Positions 1 through 9,930 are shown, counted from the first letter of the stretch. The stretch: 64,000 bases of DNA from Oculatellaceae cyanobacterium bins.114 (GCA_033764315.1 JANRJA010000086.1:28449-92448), one strand, 5' to 3'. The notes: generated from the letters alone by a model not told the origin. Program-made: numbers and translations.

Positions 1-306
1 GGAGCAGAAGTCAATGCAAAAGACGAGTACGGTAGTACAGCATTGAGTTGGGCAGCCAAAAATGGACATCAACGTATCGTTCTGACCTTGCTTAAGTTTG
101 GAGCTAGAGTCAACACTAAAAATCGAGAACACCACACTCCACTGAGATACGCGGTGGAGCACGAGCATCTAGAAGTAATTCGCATTCTTCTTGATGCTGG
201 AGCTGATCCTGATATTCCCGATCAAATGGGACAAAACACATTTTTGATAGCTTCTCAAACAAAGAACGAGAAGATTATCAAAATCTTAAATGGTAATTGT
301 ATTTAA
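1..306 (+). CDS. Ankyrin-repeat protein, 5'-truncated by the window edge
   Basis: Frame +1 is open from base 1 (GAEVNAKDEYGSTALSWAAKNGH...). It contains ankyrin motifs GARVNTKNREHHTPLRYAV and GADPDIPDQMGQNTF. Confidence 0.9.
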   Translation, partial: GAEVNAKDEYGSTALSWAAKNGHQRIVLTLLKFGARVNTKNREHHTPLRYAVEHEHLEVIRILLDAGADPDIPDQMGQNTFLIASQTKNEKIIKILNGNCI

Positions 307-387
307 TCATTTCCTCCCCTCAATTAGATTACCTCTTGTAATGAATATGCTTTTTAATATAAATCGCTAGATCATTAAGCTGACTAA

Positions 388-1023
388 ATGAATAGAGTTG
401 ATTCAATGAGTAAGACACAAGCAGTAGAGTTATTAAACACCTTGTTAAAGTTAAATTGCTTAGAGATAAAAGATTGGCTTCGTCAAGTGTGGAAAGAAAC
501 AGAACAGATACCTACTGAATTTCACTGGTTGGGGTTAGCTGAAGCGATCGCCTTTAAAGCAAGGAATGAAATTAATTCTGACATGGGAGAATCTAATTTA
601 ATTTGTGCAGAAGTAGCAACAAGCATTTATGATTTTTTAGCAGAATGTGAAATAGATTCCGCTATTAAAGAATCACTCTTGAACTCTTCTATGATGCTTC
701 GGACATATATGATTAGAAAATTTGGAGTTATTCCCAATGATCCGGTTCTTGATCCAGAAGTCATCAATAATTGGTTCTTTAATCATTCAGAACAGTATGA
801 GAGTGTGCAAAAACAAATATTAAAATGGAAAGAATCCGTATTACTCTCTCCAAGAAACAATGATTTAGCCAAAATTTTTGATGAATTTCCTATTGAGAAC
901 ATCCAACGTTTGAGATGCATTAAAACAAGATTAAGGGTTCTTAAGTATCTATATGAAGATGAACACCTTAAACCTTCTGAAGAAATTTCTAAATGGCTAG
1001 CTATCCATCAAGATTTACCTTAA
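388..1023 (+). CDS. Hypothetical protein (AT-rich orphan)
   Basis: 211-aa ATG ORF, co-oriented with the ankyrin gene. No family recognised. Confidence 0.75.
   Translation: MNRVDSMSKTQAVELLNTLLKLNCLEIKDWLRQVWKETEQIPTEFHWLGLAEAIAFKARNEINSDMGESNLICAEVATSIYDFLAECEIDSAIKESLLNSSMMLRTYMIRKFGVIPNDPVLDPEVINNWFFNHSEQYESVQKQILKWKESVLLSPRNNDLAKIFDEFPIENIQRLRCIKTRLRVLKYLYEDEHLKPSEEISKWLAIHQDLP
544..551. repeat. HIP1 palindrome GCGATCGC (example site; recurs many times, e.g. 1036-1043, 1145-1152)
   Basis: The octamer is visibly over-represented in coding and intergenic DNA, a known cyanobacterial hallmark. Confidence 0.95.
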
Positions 1024-1118
1024 TTTCGCTGGAGCGCGATCGCCCCTTCCCCTGACACCCTTAATATTGCCGCGTCTGAGGAATTAGGTTAATCTCAGAG
1101 CGTTGAGAGGAATCGGAT

Positions 1119-1967
1119 ATGAAGTTGAAACTGGGACTAGTCGGGCGATCGCTGCTGTTAGGGTTCATCATCCTCAGCATTGTGTTATTGCCCAGTGTGG
1201 TGCGGGCGATCGCCCCTAACGCTTCATTTTTTGCCCAGCTTCCCCCAATCCTAGAGAGAATCATTCCGATCGCTCCATCAGTTCCTGAACTAACACCCGA
1301 CAACCTGCTACCAGAGACCAATCAAAGTGTCTTTAGCCGCATGCCTGGAGGTCAAGATGCCCCTGCCCCTGCACCCAACCGTTTTGTGCCCCGTCAAGAG
1401 CGAGTCACGGTCAACCCCACCAACTACGATCGCCGCATGGAAGTTGACATCTACGGCAATCCGGTCAACAATGCACCGATTGTCGTGCTCCATGAAACGG
1501 TTGGGTCTGCCAGCAGTGCCATCAACACCTTTCGTAACGCCTATGCCAGCGACGATGACCAAGTGAGCTATCACAGCTTGATCAAACGCGATGGCACGAT
1601 TGTCTATTTGGTGCCGCCAGAGCTAAGAGCTTATGGGGCAGGCAATTCGGTGTTTGCTAGCGCAACTGGGATTGAAACCGTAAAGCTTGATGCGGTTTTA
1701 CCTCCCTCTGTCAACAACTTTGCTTATCACACCTCACTAGAATCTCCCTCTGATGGACGCGGTAACGGAGCACGTCACAGTGGCTACACCGCCGCGCAAT
1801 ATCGTTCGCTAGCCTGGTTGGTTGCTCAAACTGGGGTTCCCGATAATCGGTTGACCACCCATCGTGCTGTCGATCGCTCTGGCACCCGACGCGACCCCCG
1901 CAGCTTTGACAGCCAGCAGTTTACAAATCTTTTAAGAATAGCTAGAGAAAATATCGCTCAACCTTAG
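1119..1967 (+). CDS. N-acetylmuramoyl-L-alanine amidase (Amidase_2/AmpD-like), exported
   Basis: Hydrophobic N-terminal signal. Motifs IVVLHET, VSYHSLIKRDGTIVYLVP, AYGAG and HRAVD...RDP. Confidence 0.88.
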   Translation: MKLKLGLVGRSLLLGFIILSIVLLPSVVRAIAPNASFFAQLPPILERIIPIAPSVPELTPDNLLPETNQSVFSRMPGGQDAPAPAPNRFVPRQERVTVNPTNYDRRMEVDIYGNPVNNAPIVVLHETVGSASSAINTFRNAYASDDDQVSYHSLIKRDGTIVYLVPPELRAYGAGNSVFASATGIETVKLDAVLPPSVNNFAYHTSLESPSDGRGNGARHSGYTAAQYRSLAWLVAQTGVPDNRLTTHRAVDRSGTRRDPRSFDSQQFTNLLRIARENIAQP

Positions 1968-2158
1968 CGATCGCTGCATAATCTCAGCACTTCATACATC
2001 TTTTTATACATACTCTTAGGGTGATACAAGCGTTCTATCTTAAGAGTGATAAGGTGCATCTGTTGTTTGTCTACCCTTGTCTTAGCTTGAGCTAGTCCTT
2101 CGCCGTTCCATGACGGATTTGTTGTGATGACTCCCTTTAACTCATTAGGTGCATACTT

Positions 2159-2344
2159 ATGGTTTCCTCACTCATGTTGATCCTAGCGATCGCCAGTTTC
2201 TTAGGCGTTATTTGCTTCGGTGTTGGGGAAAAACTCAACCCTGAGAAGAAAAAGGAAAGAGAAAAAAGCCCAGAAGAAAAATTTGGAGAAGCCCTGACAG
2301 CTTATGCCAAACACTTGAACAAAGAGTTAGGAAAATCAGACTAA
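2159..2344 (+). CDS. Small single-pass membrane protein, unknown function
   Basis: 61 aa with one hydrophobic helix followed by a charged tail. AGGT lies upstream of the ATG. Confidence 0.65.
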   Translation: MVSSLMLILAIASFLGVICFGVGEKLNPEKKKEREKSPEEKFGEALTAYAKHLNKELGKSD

Positions 2345-2591
2345 ATGAGAGCAAATCATTGATGTGAGTTCAGGATCAGGATTTTGGTGGTTAAAACCGC
2401 AGATATATGAGCCAAATTGACCTGCGTCGATCGCCAGACTCTTAACCTGAACTGATGTTAATTAAGGCTAAAGTTTGTCAGGTTAACCCTAACACTCACT
2501 GATTTGGCTAGCTGCTCTCACTTCAACAAAACCCTTTAAAAGGATGAAGAGTCAAGAGTTATGGGTCAACGGTCAATCACAAGTTCACCCC

Positions 2592-3866
2592 TCACTCTTC
2601 ACCATTCCTTTTTCTCTCTTCTTTTTTCTCCTGTCTGCCTCCTCCCATCGCCTGTCCGGCCAACCACCCCGTTGTCCAGGCACTTTGAAAATTAAACCCA
2701 CCCGTAATTCCATCAATATCTAAAATTTCTCCAGCAAAATACAAACCTGGGCAGAGGCGGCTTTCCATCGTCTTAAAGTCAACCTCCTTGAGCACAACCC
2801 CACCACAGGTGACAAACTCTTCTTTAAATACTCCTTTGCCCGCGATCGCATATTGGCACTGCGTCAGCACTTGCACCAGTTGACCCAGCGTTTTTTTGGA
2901 TAGATCTGCCCAGCGTTGTTCTTCACCGATCTGACAGCGATCGACTAGATATTGCCAAAGCCGACGCGGGAGAGATATGGGTGAATACGAGGCGATCGCC
3001 TTTCGTCCATCCGTTGTTTTGACCTCGTTTAACAACTGCTCTACTTGGCTGAGAGATAACTGCGGCAGCCAATTCACCTGCAATACGGCTTGATAACGGC
3101 AGTCATGCAACACTCGCGCCCCCCAAGCTGATAAGCGCAAAATCACAGGCCCACTCAAACCCCAATGGGTAATCAATATCGCCCCTGATTGCTCAATCGG
3201 TTTTTGATTGGGGACTAAAAATTGGGCTTGGACAGACTCCACCGCCACCCCTGCCAGTTCTCTCAACCGGGCATCCGCAACATTAAAGGTAAATAACGAG
3301 GGCACAGGCGGTTCAATCTGATGTCCTAAAGTTCTAGCAAACTCATATCCCTTAACGTTGCTGCCCGTTGCTAACAGCAGGCGATCGCCTTCAATCGACT
3401 CCCCTGATTTCAACTGCACCACAAAGGTTGTCCCAACTCGTTTAATAGCGGCTACAGTAACCCCTGTTTTGATCCTGACTCCAGCTTCTTGAGCCGCCTC
3501 TACCAAGCAATCAACGATGGTGGCAGAGTCATTTGTCACCGGAAACATCCGTCCATCAGCTTCAGTTTTGAGCCTAACTCCTCGACGTTTGAACCACTCA
3601 ATCGTGTCTTTGGGCTGAAAGCGACTAAAGGCCCCTCGCAAAGCTTTGCCTCCACGCGGATAATGCTGCACTAACACCGCCGGATCAAAACAGGCATGAG
3701 TGACATTGCACCGCCCACCCCCCGAAATCCGCACCTTGGCTAATGGAGCCTGTCCCGCTTCTAGCAGCGTCACTTGAGTATGAGGATGGGCCTCCGCACA
3801 GGCGATCGCCCCAAAAAAGCCTGCCGCACCCCCTCCAATCACCAAAACGTTCAAATTGCCACTCAT
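2592..3866 (-). CDS. NAD(P)/FAD-dependent oxidoreductase, HI0933/BaiN family
   Basis: Motifs GGGAAG, KVRISGGGRCNVT, EFVTCGGV and GEILDIDGITGGFNFQSAW. Confidence 0.93.
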   Translation of the reverse strand: MSGNLNVLVIGGGAAGFFGAIACAEAHPHTQVTLLEAGQAPLAKVRISGGGRCNVTHACFDPAVLVQHYPRGGKALRGAFSRFQPKDTIEWFKRRGVRLKTEADGRMFPVTNDSATIVDCLVEAAQEAGVRIKTGVTVAAIKRVGTTFVVQLKSGESIEGDRLLLATGSNVKGYEFARTLGHQIEPPVPSLFTFNVADARLRELAGVAVESVQAQFLVPNQKPIEQSGAILITHWGLSGPVILRLSAWGARVLHDCRYQAVLQVNWLPQLSLSQVEQLLNEVKTTDGRKAIASYSPISLPRRLWQYLVDRCQIGEEQRWADLSKKTLGQLVQVLTQCQYAIAGKGVFKEEFVTCGGVVLKEVDFKTMESRLCPGLYFAGEILDIDGITGGFNFQSAWTTGWLAGQAMGGGRQEKKEERKRNGEE

Positions 3867-4074
3867 GTCTCAACACTAGCCCAAACCAAATCTACTTGTG
3901 GGTCGTGACTCATCCATGACAATACTTCCATGACAAGACTCAGAAATTAAACTGCTCCTCTCGCTTAAGAGCGATACAATTTCCTAGATAAAAACTTCAA
4001 TTAAACCCACAACTTCTCTGACACGCTTTAACACTCTGTGTTGTTTCCCAGTTGTTTTGAGGAGATGCATCATT

Positions 4075-4521
4075 ATGACAGTCAGAAGAACCAGACAAGC
4101 CACAACAGGTTTTATTCACGACTTTCGAGAGTTTGCCCTCAAAGGCAACGTCGTCGAATTGGCGATCGCAGTCGTTATTGGAGCCGCTTTTAGCAAGATC
4201 ATCACCTCCTTCGTCGAGGACATCGTGATGCCCTTCATCAATCCCCTGGTGCCTGAAGGCAACTGGCGCGAGGCAACGATTGGCCCCGGCATCCGAATTG
4301 GGAATTTCTTTGGCTCCATCATCGATTTCATCATCATTGCCCTGGTGCTCTTTATAGCCATTCGAGTTCTTGGAAGTTGGAAGCGAAAAGAACAAGCAAC
4401 CCCAGCCCCCACCGAAAAGGAATGTCCCTATTGCTTAACGCTGGTGCCGCTTGCGGCTAGCCGTTGTCGCTCCTGTACTTCAAATCTGCCGCCTGATCCC
4501 TCCCAGGCTTTTAATCGTTAA
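4075..4521 (+). CDS. mscL: Large-conductance mechanosensitive channel with C-terminal CxxC..CxxC extension
   Basis: FREFALKGNVVELAIAVVIGAAFSKIITS and GNFFGSIIDFIII. GAGGAG RBS precedes ATG 4075. Confidence 0.93.
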   Translation: MTVRRTRQATTGFIHDFREFALKGNVVELAIAVVIGAAFSKIITSFVEDIVMPFINPLVPEGNWREATIGPGIRIGNFFGSIIDFIIIALVLFIAIRVLGSWKRKEQATPAPTEKECPYCLTLVPLAASRCRSCTSNLPPDPSQAFNR

Positions 4522-4592
4522 CTAAACCTCATTTGAGTCATTGCATCTTAAGCAGAAATTAACGAAAAATTTGTTACCGCATTGAACTTCCA

Positions 4593-4603
4593 GGGCATAC
4601 TAT
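4593..4603 (+). promoter_or_regulatory. Putative SigJ/SigF-type -10 element (GGGCATACT) upstream of ebsA
   Basis: One mismatch to the GGGAATACT J-box described for Nostoc motility genes. It overlaps TACTAT. Confidence 0.45.
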
Positions 4604-4608
4604 ACCTC

Positions 4609-4646
4609 ATGGAGCAGATAATGCGTTATGGAGCAGATAATGCGTT
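4609..4646. repeat. Perfect 19-bp tandem duplication ATGGAGCAGATAATGCGTT x2
   Basis: Units at 4609-4627 and 4628-4646. Confidence 0.95.
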
Positions 4647-4710
4647 TTTGTGCATTGGTGCTGTTTACTACTCCAACCCTCTCATCAGCAAAACCAAGGA
4701 AAATTTGATC

Positions 4711-5085
4711 ATGGGTCTTGAGAAACTTGAACCCGCCGATGCGCGTGCTGTCAATGTTTATGCCCCCTACTACCAAGGTCGTAAACGGAACGCTCTACCC
4801 CTAGCCATTAGCCTTTATCAAAAAGGTAGTCTTGAAGGCTCACGAAAGATTGAAGGAGGAGACAGCATTCCTTTTGTCGCCAGTTGGAGCGTCTCTTCAC
4901 TACCGGCTGACTTGACCCGCTGCCGGATGCAATTTGACGGCAATGCCGACTTGAGTTATGAACTCACACTGGCAAACTTTGAATATGTTGATTTTCTCAT
5001 TGACGTTGTTTATACATTCAGAACATCTCGATTAGTTGACTTCTCACAAGCCTTTTACCGCAAACTCTTGCGCTTAGACGACTAA
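4711..5085 (+). CDS. ebsA: Type IV pilus/biofilm-suppression protein EbsA
   Basis: LEPAD...VNVYAPYYQGRKRNALPLAISLY...GSRKIEGG...DFSQAFYRKLLR matches the cyanobacterial EbsA pattern. ATG 4711 follows AAGGA. Confidence 0.85.
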   Translation: MGLEKLEPADARAVNVYAPYYQGRKRNALPLAISLYQKGSLEGSRKIEGGDSIPFVASWSVSSLPADLTRCRMQFDGNADLSYELTLANFEYVDFLIDVVYTFRTSRLVDFSQAFYRKLLRLDD

Positions 5086-5192
5086 TCCCTATCCACTAAA
5101 CTTCTTACCCACCACCCCTAAAACAACCCCTCAACACAGAGCTTGTCAAATCACGCTCTGTAATTTTTGTCGGTGCTTTTTATCGGTTTCCC

Positions 5193-5311
5193 ATAGCCAT
5201 CAAAGGGTTAGTTTAAGACGGGGGCCTCCCTCCAGCTTGAGCATTCAGGTCAAGAACAGACTGGGGGCGAAGCCTCCACACCCCGTTGTCTCAACTATCT
5301 CGATAGTTACT
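5193..5311. mobile_element. Degenerate miniature palindromic (MITE-like) element, copy A
   Basis: Imperfect terminal inverted repeats (TAGCCATC...GATAGTTA). It shares GACGGGG...GGCGAAG..CACACC...AGTTACT with 9931-10031. Confidence 0.6.
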
Positions 5312-5402
5312 CGACAATGTACGACTAATGTCCTGTCCGAACAAAATTTAGTCCCAAAATAACGCCATAATAAATGGTTTGTTGTTTCGCAAAGTAATGG
5401 TC

Positions 5403-6608
5403 ATGGGGCGCGCTGAACGAGTTGTGTTGGCATATTCGGGTGGGGTCGATACCTCCGTCTGTATTCCTTACCTAAAGCACGAATGGGGCGTAAAAGAGGT
5501 CATCACACTAGCGGCTGATTTAGGTCAGGGAGATGAACTCGAACCGATTCGTGAGAAAGCGTTGAAGTCAGGTGCAGAAAAATCTCTGATTGCAGATGCT
5601 ACTGAGGGGTTTGTTAAAGATTATGCGTTTCCGGCAATTCAAGCGAACGCTTTGTATGAAAATCGCTATCCCCTCTCTACGGCTTTAGCCCGTCCCCTCA
5701 TTGCTAAATTGCTGGTCGAGGCGGCAGCAGAATATGGTGCAGATGCTGTGGCTCATGGTTGCACAGGCAAAGGTAATGATCAGGTCCGATTTGATGTATC
5801 GATCGCCGCTCTAAACCCTAGCTTGAAGGTGCTTGCTCCGGCTCGTGAGTGGGGGATGAGTCGAGAAGAAACCATCGCCTATGGAGAACGCTACGGTATT
5901 CCTTCTCCTGTCAAAAAATCTTCACCCTATAGCATCGATCGCAACTTGCTAGGTCGCAGCATCGAGGCGGGTCCTTTGGAAGATCCCTGGACGGAGCCGC
6001 TCGAAGAAATTTATGCCCTGACTCAGGCGATCGCCAACACTCCTGACGAGCCAGAGTATGTCGAAATTGGTTTTGAGCGAGGCATTCCAACAACGCTCAA
6101 CGACACAGACCTAGCTCCAGTCGCCCTGATCACCCAACTCAACGACCTGGTTGGCAAGCATGGCGTTGGACGCATCGATATGCTCGAAAATCGTCTGGTG
6201 GGGATTAAATCTCGTGAAATTTATGAGGCACCTGCGCTGTTAGTGCTAATTCAAGCGCACCGTGATTTAGAGAGCTTGACTCTGACGGCTGATGTCAGCC
6301 ACTACAAACGGGGTATCGAAGAAACCTACTCTCAACTGGTTTATAACGGGCTGTGGTATAGCCCTTTGAAAGCCGCACTAGATGCATTTGTTATCCAAAC
6401 ACAAGAGCGGGTATCTGGAATAGTCCGAGTGAAATTGTTTAAGGGCACCGCCACAATTGTCGGACGCAAATCTACCAAATCTCTCTATAGCCCTGACCTG
6501 GCAACCTATGGTGCTGATGATCAATTCGATCACAAAGCCGCCGAAGGATTCATTTATGTCTGGGGTCTACCCACGCGCGTTTGGTCAGAAAAACTGAGGG
6601 GAGCGTGA
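5403..6608 (+). CDS. argG: Argininosuccinate synthase
   Basis: Motifs [23 protein letters not shown] and [11 protein letters not shown]. Confidence 0.98.
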   Translation: MGRAERVVLAYSGGVDTSVCIPYLKHEWGVKEVITLAADLGQGDELEPIREKALKSGAEKSLIADATEGFVKDYAFPAIQANALYENRYPLSTALARPLIAKLLVEAAAEYGADAVAHGCTGKGNDQVRFDVSIAALNPSLKVLAPAREWGMSREETIAYGERYGIPSPVKKSSPYSIDRNLLGRSIEAGPLEDPWTEPLEEIYALTQAIANTPDEPEYVEIGFERGIPTTLNDTDLAPVALITQLNDLVGKHGVGRIDMLENRLVGIKSREIYEAPALLVLIQAHRDLESLTLTADVSHYKRGIEETYSQLVYNGLWYSPLKAALDAFVIQTQERVSGIVRVKLFKGTATIVGRKSTKSLYSPDLATYGADDQFDHKAAEGFIYVWGLPTRVWSEKLRGA

Positions 6609-6814
6609 AGGATAAGGGATAAGGGATGAACGATGAAACATGAAGGATAAAAAATAAAGCGTGAAGACTAGACAGGCGGATGGGATCATGCAATTCAGTT
6701 GCCTGCTCTTCCCCTCCTATGCTCTTACTCCCTTTTAGCCTTTGTCCTTCATCCTTGATCTTTTCCCTGGCTAACCTCACTCCCTTTTAGCCTTTATCCT
6801 TCATCCTTTATCCT
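6607..6814. repeat. STRR-like heptamer repeats in inverted arrangement, with a 30-bp direct duplication
   Basis: A run of (A/G)GGAT(A/G)A-like heptamers follows the argG stop, with complementary TT(T/C)ATCC runs downstream. 6727-6756 and 6779-6808 match at 29/30. Confidence 0.85.
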
Positions 6815-6886
6815 GATTAATATCACTATCTCTCTTCATAAGGGAGTAAGATTTTAGGTTGAACTATTAAGCAGAACTGAACCCCA

Positions 6887-7870
6887 ATGGCAGAAACCCT
6901 CCTGTACAACGCGCTGCGTGAGGCGATCGACGAAGAGATGGCGCGAGATCCCTCCGTCTTTGTTTTAGGCGAAGATGTAGGGCATTATGGCGGCTCCTAT
7001 AAAGCCACAAAAGATTTGTATAAGAAGTACGGAGACCTCCGACTACTCGACACTCCTATTGCTGAAAATAGCTTTACAGGCATGGCAGTGGGGGCAGCAA
7101 TGACGGGGTTGCGCCCTATTGTCGAAGGCATGAACATGGGCTTTTTGTTGTTGGCGTTTAACCAAATTGCTAACAATGCTGGGATGTTGCGCTACACCTC
7201 TGGAGGCAACTTCAAAATTCCTATGGTGATTCGAGGGCCAGGTGGCGTAGGGCGGCAATTAGGGGCAGAGCACTCTCAACGGTTAGAAGCTTATTTCCAG
7301 GGGGTTCCTGGGTTGAAGCTAGTGGCCTGTTCTACTCCCTACAACGCTAAGGGGCTTCTTAAAGCAGCAATTCGTGATGACAACCCTGTCCTCTTTTTTG
7401 AGCACGTTCTACTGTATAACTTGAAGGAAGATCTGCCAGAGGGCGAATATGTATTGCCTTTAGATAAAGCAGAGGTTGTGCGCACAGGAGCAGATGTGAC
7501 GATTCTCACCTACTCCCGGATGCGTCATCACGTCACACAAGCGGTCAAAACCCTTGAAAAAGAAGGGTATGATCCTGAAGTCATCGACTTGATTTCTTTG
7601 AAACCACTTGATTTTGATACGATTGGAGCTTCTATTCGCAAAACCCACAAGGTCATTATTGTGGAGGAGTGTATGAAGTCAGGTGGAATTGGGGCAGAAC
7701 TGAGTGCCTCAATTAGCGATCGCCTGTTTGATGAGTTAGATGCTCCGGTTTTGCGGCTTGCTTCGCAAGATATTCCGACTCCTTACAATGGCATGTTAGA
7801 AAACCTAACCATTGTGCAACCGGCTCAGATTGTAGAAGCTGTTCAAAAAATGGTGGCTCTGCGAGTTTAA
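6887..7870 (+). CDS. pdhB: Pyruvate dehydrogenase E1 beta subunit
   Basis: Motifs [23 protein letters not shown] and GAEHSQRLE. Confidence 0.98.
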   Translation: MAETLLYNALREAIDEEMARDPSVFVLGEDVGHYGGSYKATKDLYKKYGDLRLLDTPIAENSFTGMAVGAAMTGLRPIVEGMNMGFLLLAFNQIANNAGMLRYTSGGNFKIPMVIRGPGGVGRQLGAEHSQRLEAYFQGVPGLKLVACSTPYNAKGLLKAAIRDDNPVLFFEHVLLYNLKEDLPEGEYVLPLDKAEVVRTGADVTILTYSRMRHHVTQAVKTLEKEGYDPEVIDLISLKPLDFDTIGASIRKTHKVIIVEECMKSGGIGAELSASISDRLFDELDAPVLRLASQDIPTPYNGMLENLTIVQPAQIVEAVQKMVALRV

Positions 7871-7949
7871 GACACAAGTTTAAGGTTGGGCGATCGCACC
7901 TTCGATGCTACAAGTATAATTTTTCTTGTAGTATAGTCACTCGATTGCA

Positions 7950-9122
7950 ATGAATGCCTCATTCAGCTATGAAACGCTTACCTCCTCCCAGGAAGAGGAT
8001 GAGTTCTCACGACTACTCAGTCTATGCTTTAACAGCCTGGGTGAGTCTCTTTATATGAAACGGGTTGGCTCCCAAAACTTTCGCGTGATGCGTCAGGGGG
8101 GTCAACTCATGGGTGGATTAGCTATTTTGCGGATGGGGCAGTGGTATGGGGGGCAGTGCGTGCCGATGGCAGGTATCGCTGCTGTTGGGGTTGCCCCAGA
8201 ATATCGTGGCTCAGGAGTCGCGATCGCTCTAATGCAAAAAACCTTGAGTGAACTGCGAGAACAGGGCATTCCGTTGTCGGTGCTTTATCCAGCCACACAA
8301 CGACTCTACCGCAAAGCCGGATATGAACAAGGGGGATCGCTGTGTACTTGGGAAGTGAGTACACAAGCTATTCACTTGAGCGATCGCTCTTTGCCTGTTC
8401 ACTCCATCACTCCATCGGTTGAAGTGTTAGAGCCGCTTTATCGCCAAAAAGCACAGACTTACAACGGTCACTTAGACCGCCATGCCGCTCTCTGGAAAGA
8501 CTTAACCAACACTGAAGTCAAGGAGGCGATCGCCTCTACTTATCTGTTTGGAGACATTAATCACCCAGAAGGGTATGCCATCTTTCATCAAGTCCGAGTT
8601 AATAACAGTAATCGACTCATTATTAAAGATTGGGTCCTGCTAACTCCAGCATCTGTTCAACGATTTTGGTCATTTTTAGCCGATCATCGAACTCAGATTG
8701 ATCACATTCAATGGCGTAGTTCAATGGTTGATCCTCTAACATTATTGCTACCCGAACAATCGGCCGATCTAGTCGAGACAGAACGCTGGATGGTGCGAAT
8801 TATTGATGTCAGCAAAGCATTAGAAAAAAGAGGATATCCGGCTGATTTGCAAGCTGAATTGCACCTAGAGATCCAAGATGATTTATTCCTGCAAAACACG
8901 GGTAAATTTGTCTTAACTGTAGCCAATGGTAAAAGCGAAGTTGCAACAAGTGGAAACGGTGATTTAAAGCTCACTATACGAGCTTTATCTTCTCTCTATA
9001 GTGGGTTATTTACACCTCAAGAACTGAAATTAATGGGGCAATTAGAGGCAACCGAAAGTGCCCTTAAAACAGCTGCTCATCTGTTTAACAGTCACGCTCC
9101 CTGGATCTCTGATTTCTTTTAA
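7950..9122 (+). CDS. GNAT acetyltransferase, Eis family (C-terminal SCP2-like domain)
   Basis: VGVAPEYRGSGVA, LYPATQRLYRKAGY, WMVRIIDVSKALEKRGY and C-terminal PWISDFF. Confidence 0.9.
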   Translation: MNASFSYETLTSSQEEDEFSRLLSLCFNSLGESLYMKRVGSQNFRVMRQGGQLMGGLAILRMGQWYGGQCVPMAGIAAVGVAPEYRGSGVAIALMQKTLSELREQGIPLSVLYPATQRLYRKAGYEQGGSLCTWEVSTQAIHLSDRSLPVHSITPSVEVLEPLYRQKAQTYNGHLDRHAALWKDLTNTEVKEAIASTYLFGDINHPEGYAIFHQVRVNNSNRLIIKDWVLLTPASVQRFWSFLADHRTQIDHIQWRSSMVDPLTLLLPEQSADLVETERWMVRIIDVSKALEKRGYPADLQAELHLEIQDDLFLQNTGKFVLTVANGKSEVATSGNGDLKLTIRALSSLYSGLFTPQELKLMGQLEATESALKTAAHLFNSHAPWISDFF

Positions 9123-9250
9123 GTTCGATTGCTATTCTTGCCCTCTTTCAATTGATGGATTCTCAGGTTAATGCTTGAGAACGAGGGAGTTAATGGCAGT
9201 CGTTTGTACGCTGGGTTTCATACACGTTGATCAATAATGGAACTGGCATC

Positions 9251-9781
9251 ATGGCTAAACAAGAGACCAAGAGCAAGCAAAGCGGTGAAGACAAAGAAAA
9301 GCAACATGAAACTGCTCACAAAACTAGCAAGCCTGCCCATCAAGATGAAGATCAGCACAGCCAGACTAAGTCTGCTAAAGCAGAGAATCATGCTGAGACT
9401 CACGATGACCTCAACGAAGGGGAAGAACTGGATACTCTGTTAGAAACCTTCGAGGACAATGATCTGACTGCGATCGGTTTGGATGCGGCTACAGGCGTCG
9501 TTGATGAGTGGTATGACGTCTTGCACAAGTCTAAAGAGCCAGAACTGAAGGAAATTGGGAACAGTCTCAAACACCTGAAGAAATTGTTGACCGCTAAAAA
9601 GACAAAGGGAGAAGATTTGGTTGAGGTTTTGAACCAGTTGAGCGAACAAACCGAAAGCTTTGCAAATAACGCTGAGCGGGGTTATAAAACCAAGCTCCAT
9701 AAACTAGGCAAAGCTCTCAGCAAGGCTGGTTCTTTTATCGAAAAGGAGCTAAAGAGAGATGACAAGGATCAGGACAAGTAG
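9251..9781 (+). CDS. Hypothetical highly hydrophilic, charged helical protein
   Basis: K/E/H/D-rich ORF followed by a strong hairpin. Confidence 0.75.
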   Translation: MAKQETKSKQSGEDKEKQHETAHKTSKPAHQDEDQHSQTKSAKAENHAETHDDLNEGEELDTLLETFEDNDLTAIGLDAATGVVDEWYDVLHKSKEPELKEIGNSLKHLKKLLTAKKTKGEDLVEVLNQLSEQTESFANNAERGYKTKLHKLGKALSKAGSFIEKELKRDDKDQDK

Positions 9782-9852
9782 TTTTTACAAACTGCTCATC
9801 ACTTCTCTTTTACTGAAAACAAAGCTGTTTTACTAAAGGCTCCATCAAGACA

Positions 9853-9884
9853 AAATCCCCGAAATTTCTAAATTTCGGGGATTT
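9853..9884. terminator. Near-perfect inverted repeat, probable terminator between convergent genes
   Basis: AAATCCCCGAAATTT-CT-AAATTTCGGGGATTT. Confidence 0.8.
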
Positions 9885-9930
9885 ATTGCATTAAAGCTTG
9901 AACATGACCAGTCTTTGTAGCAACTGATTT

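Noticed and set aside
3913-3936. TCCATGACAA direct repeat (3913-3922, 3927-3936) in the divergent HI0933/mscL promoter gap
   Set aside because: Only 10 bp in two copies with no recognised regulator consensus. Too weak to call.
6607-6814. Repeats considered as a CRISPR array
   Set aside because: They are low-complexity heptamers with no constant repeat-unique spacer periodicity, and there are no cas genes.
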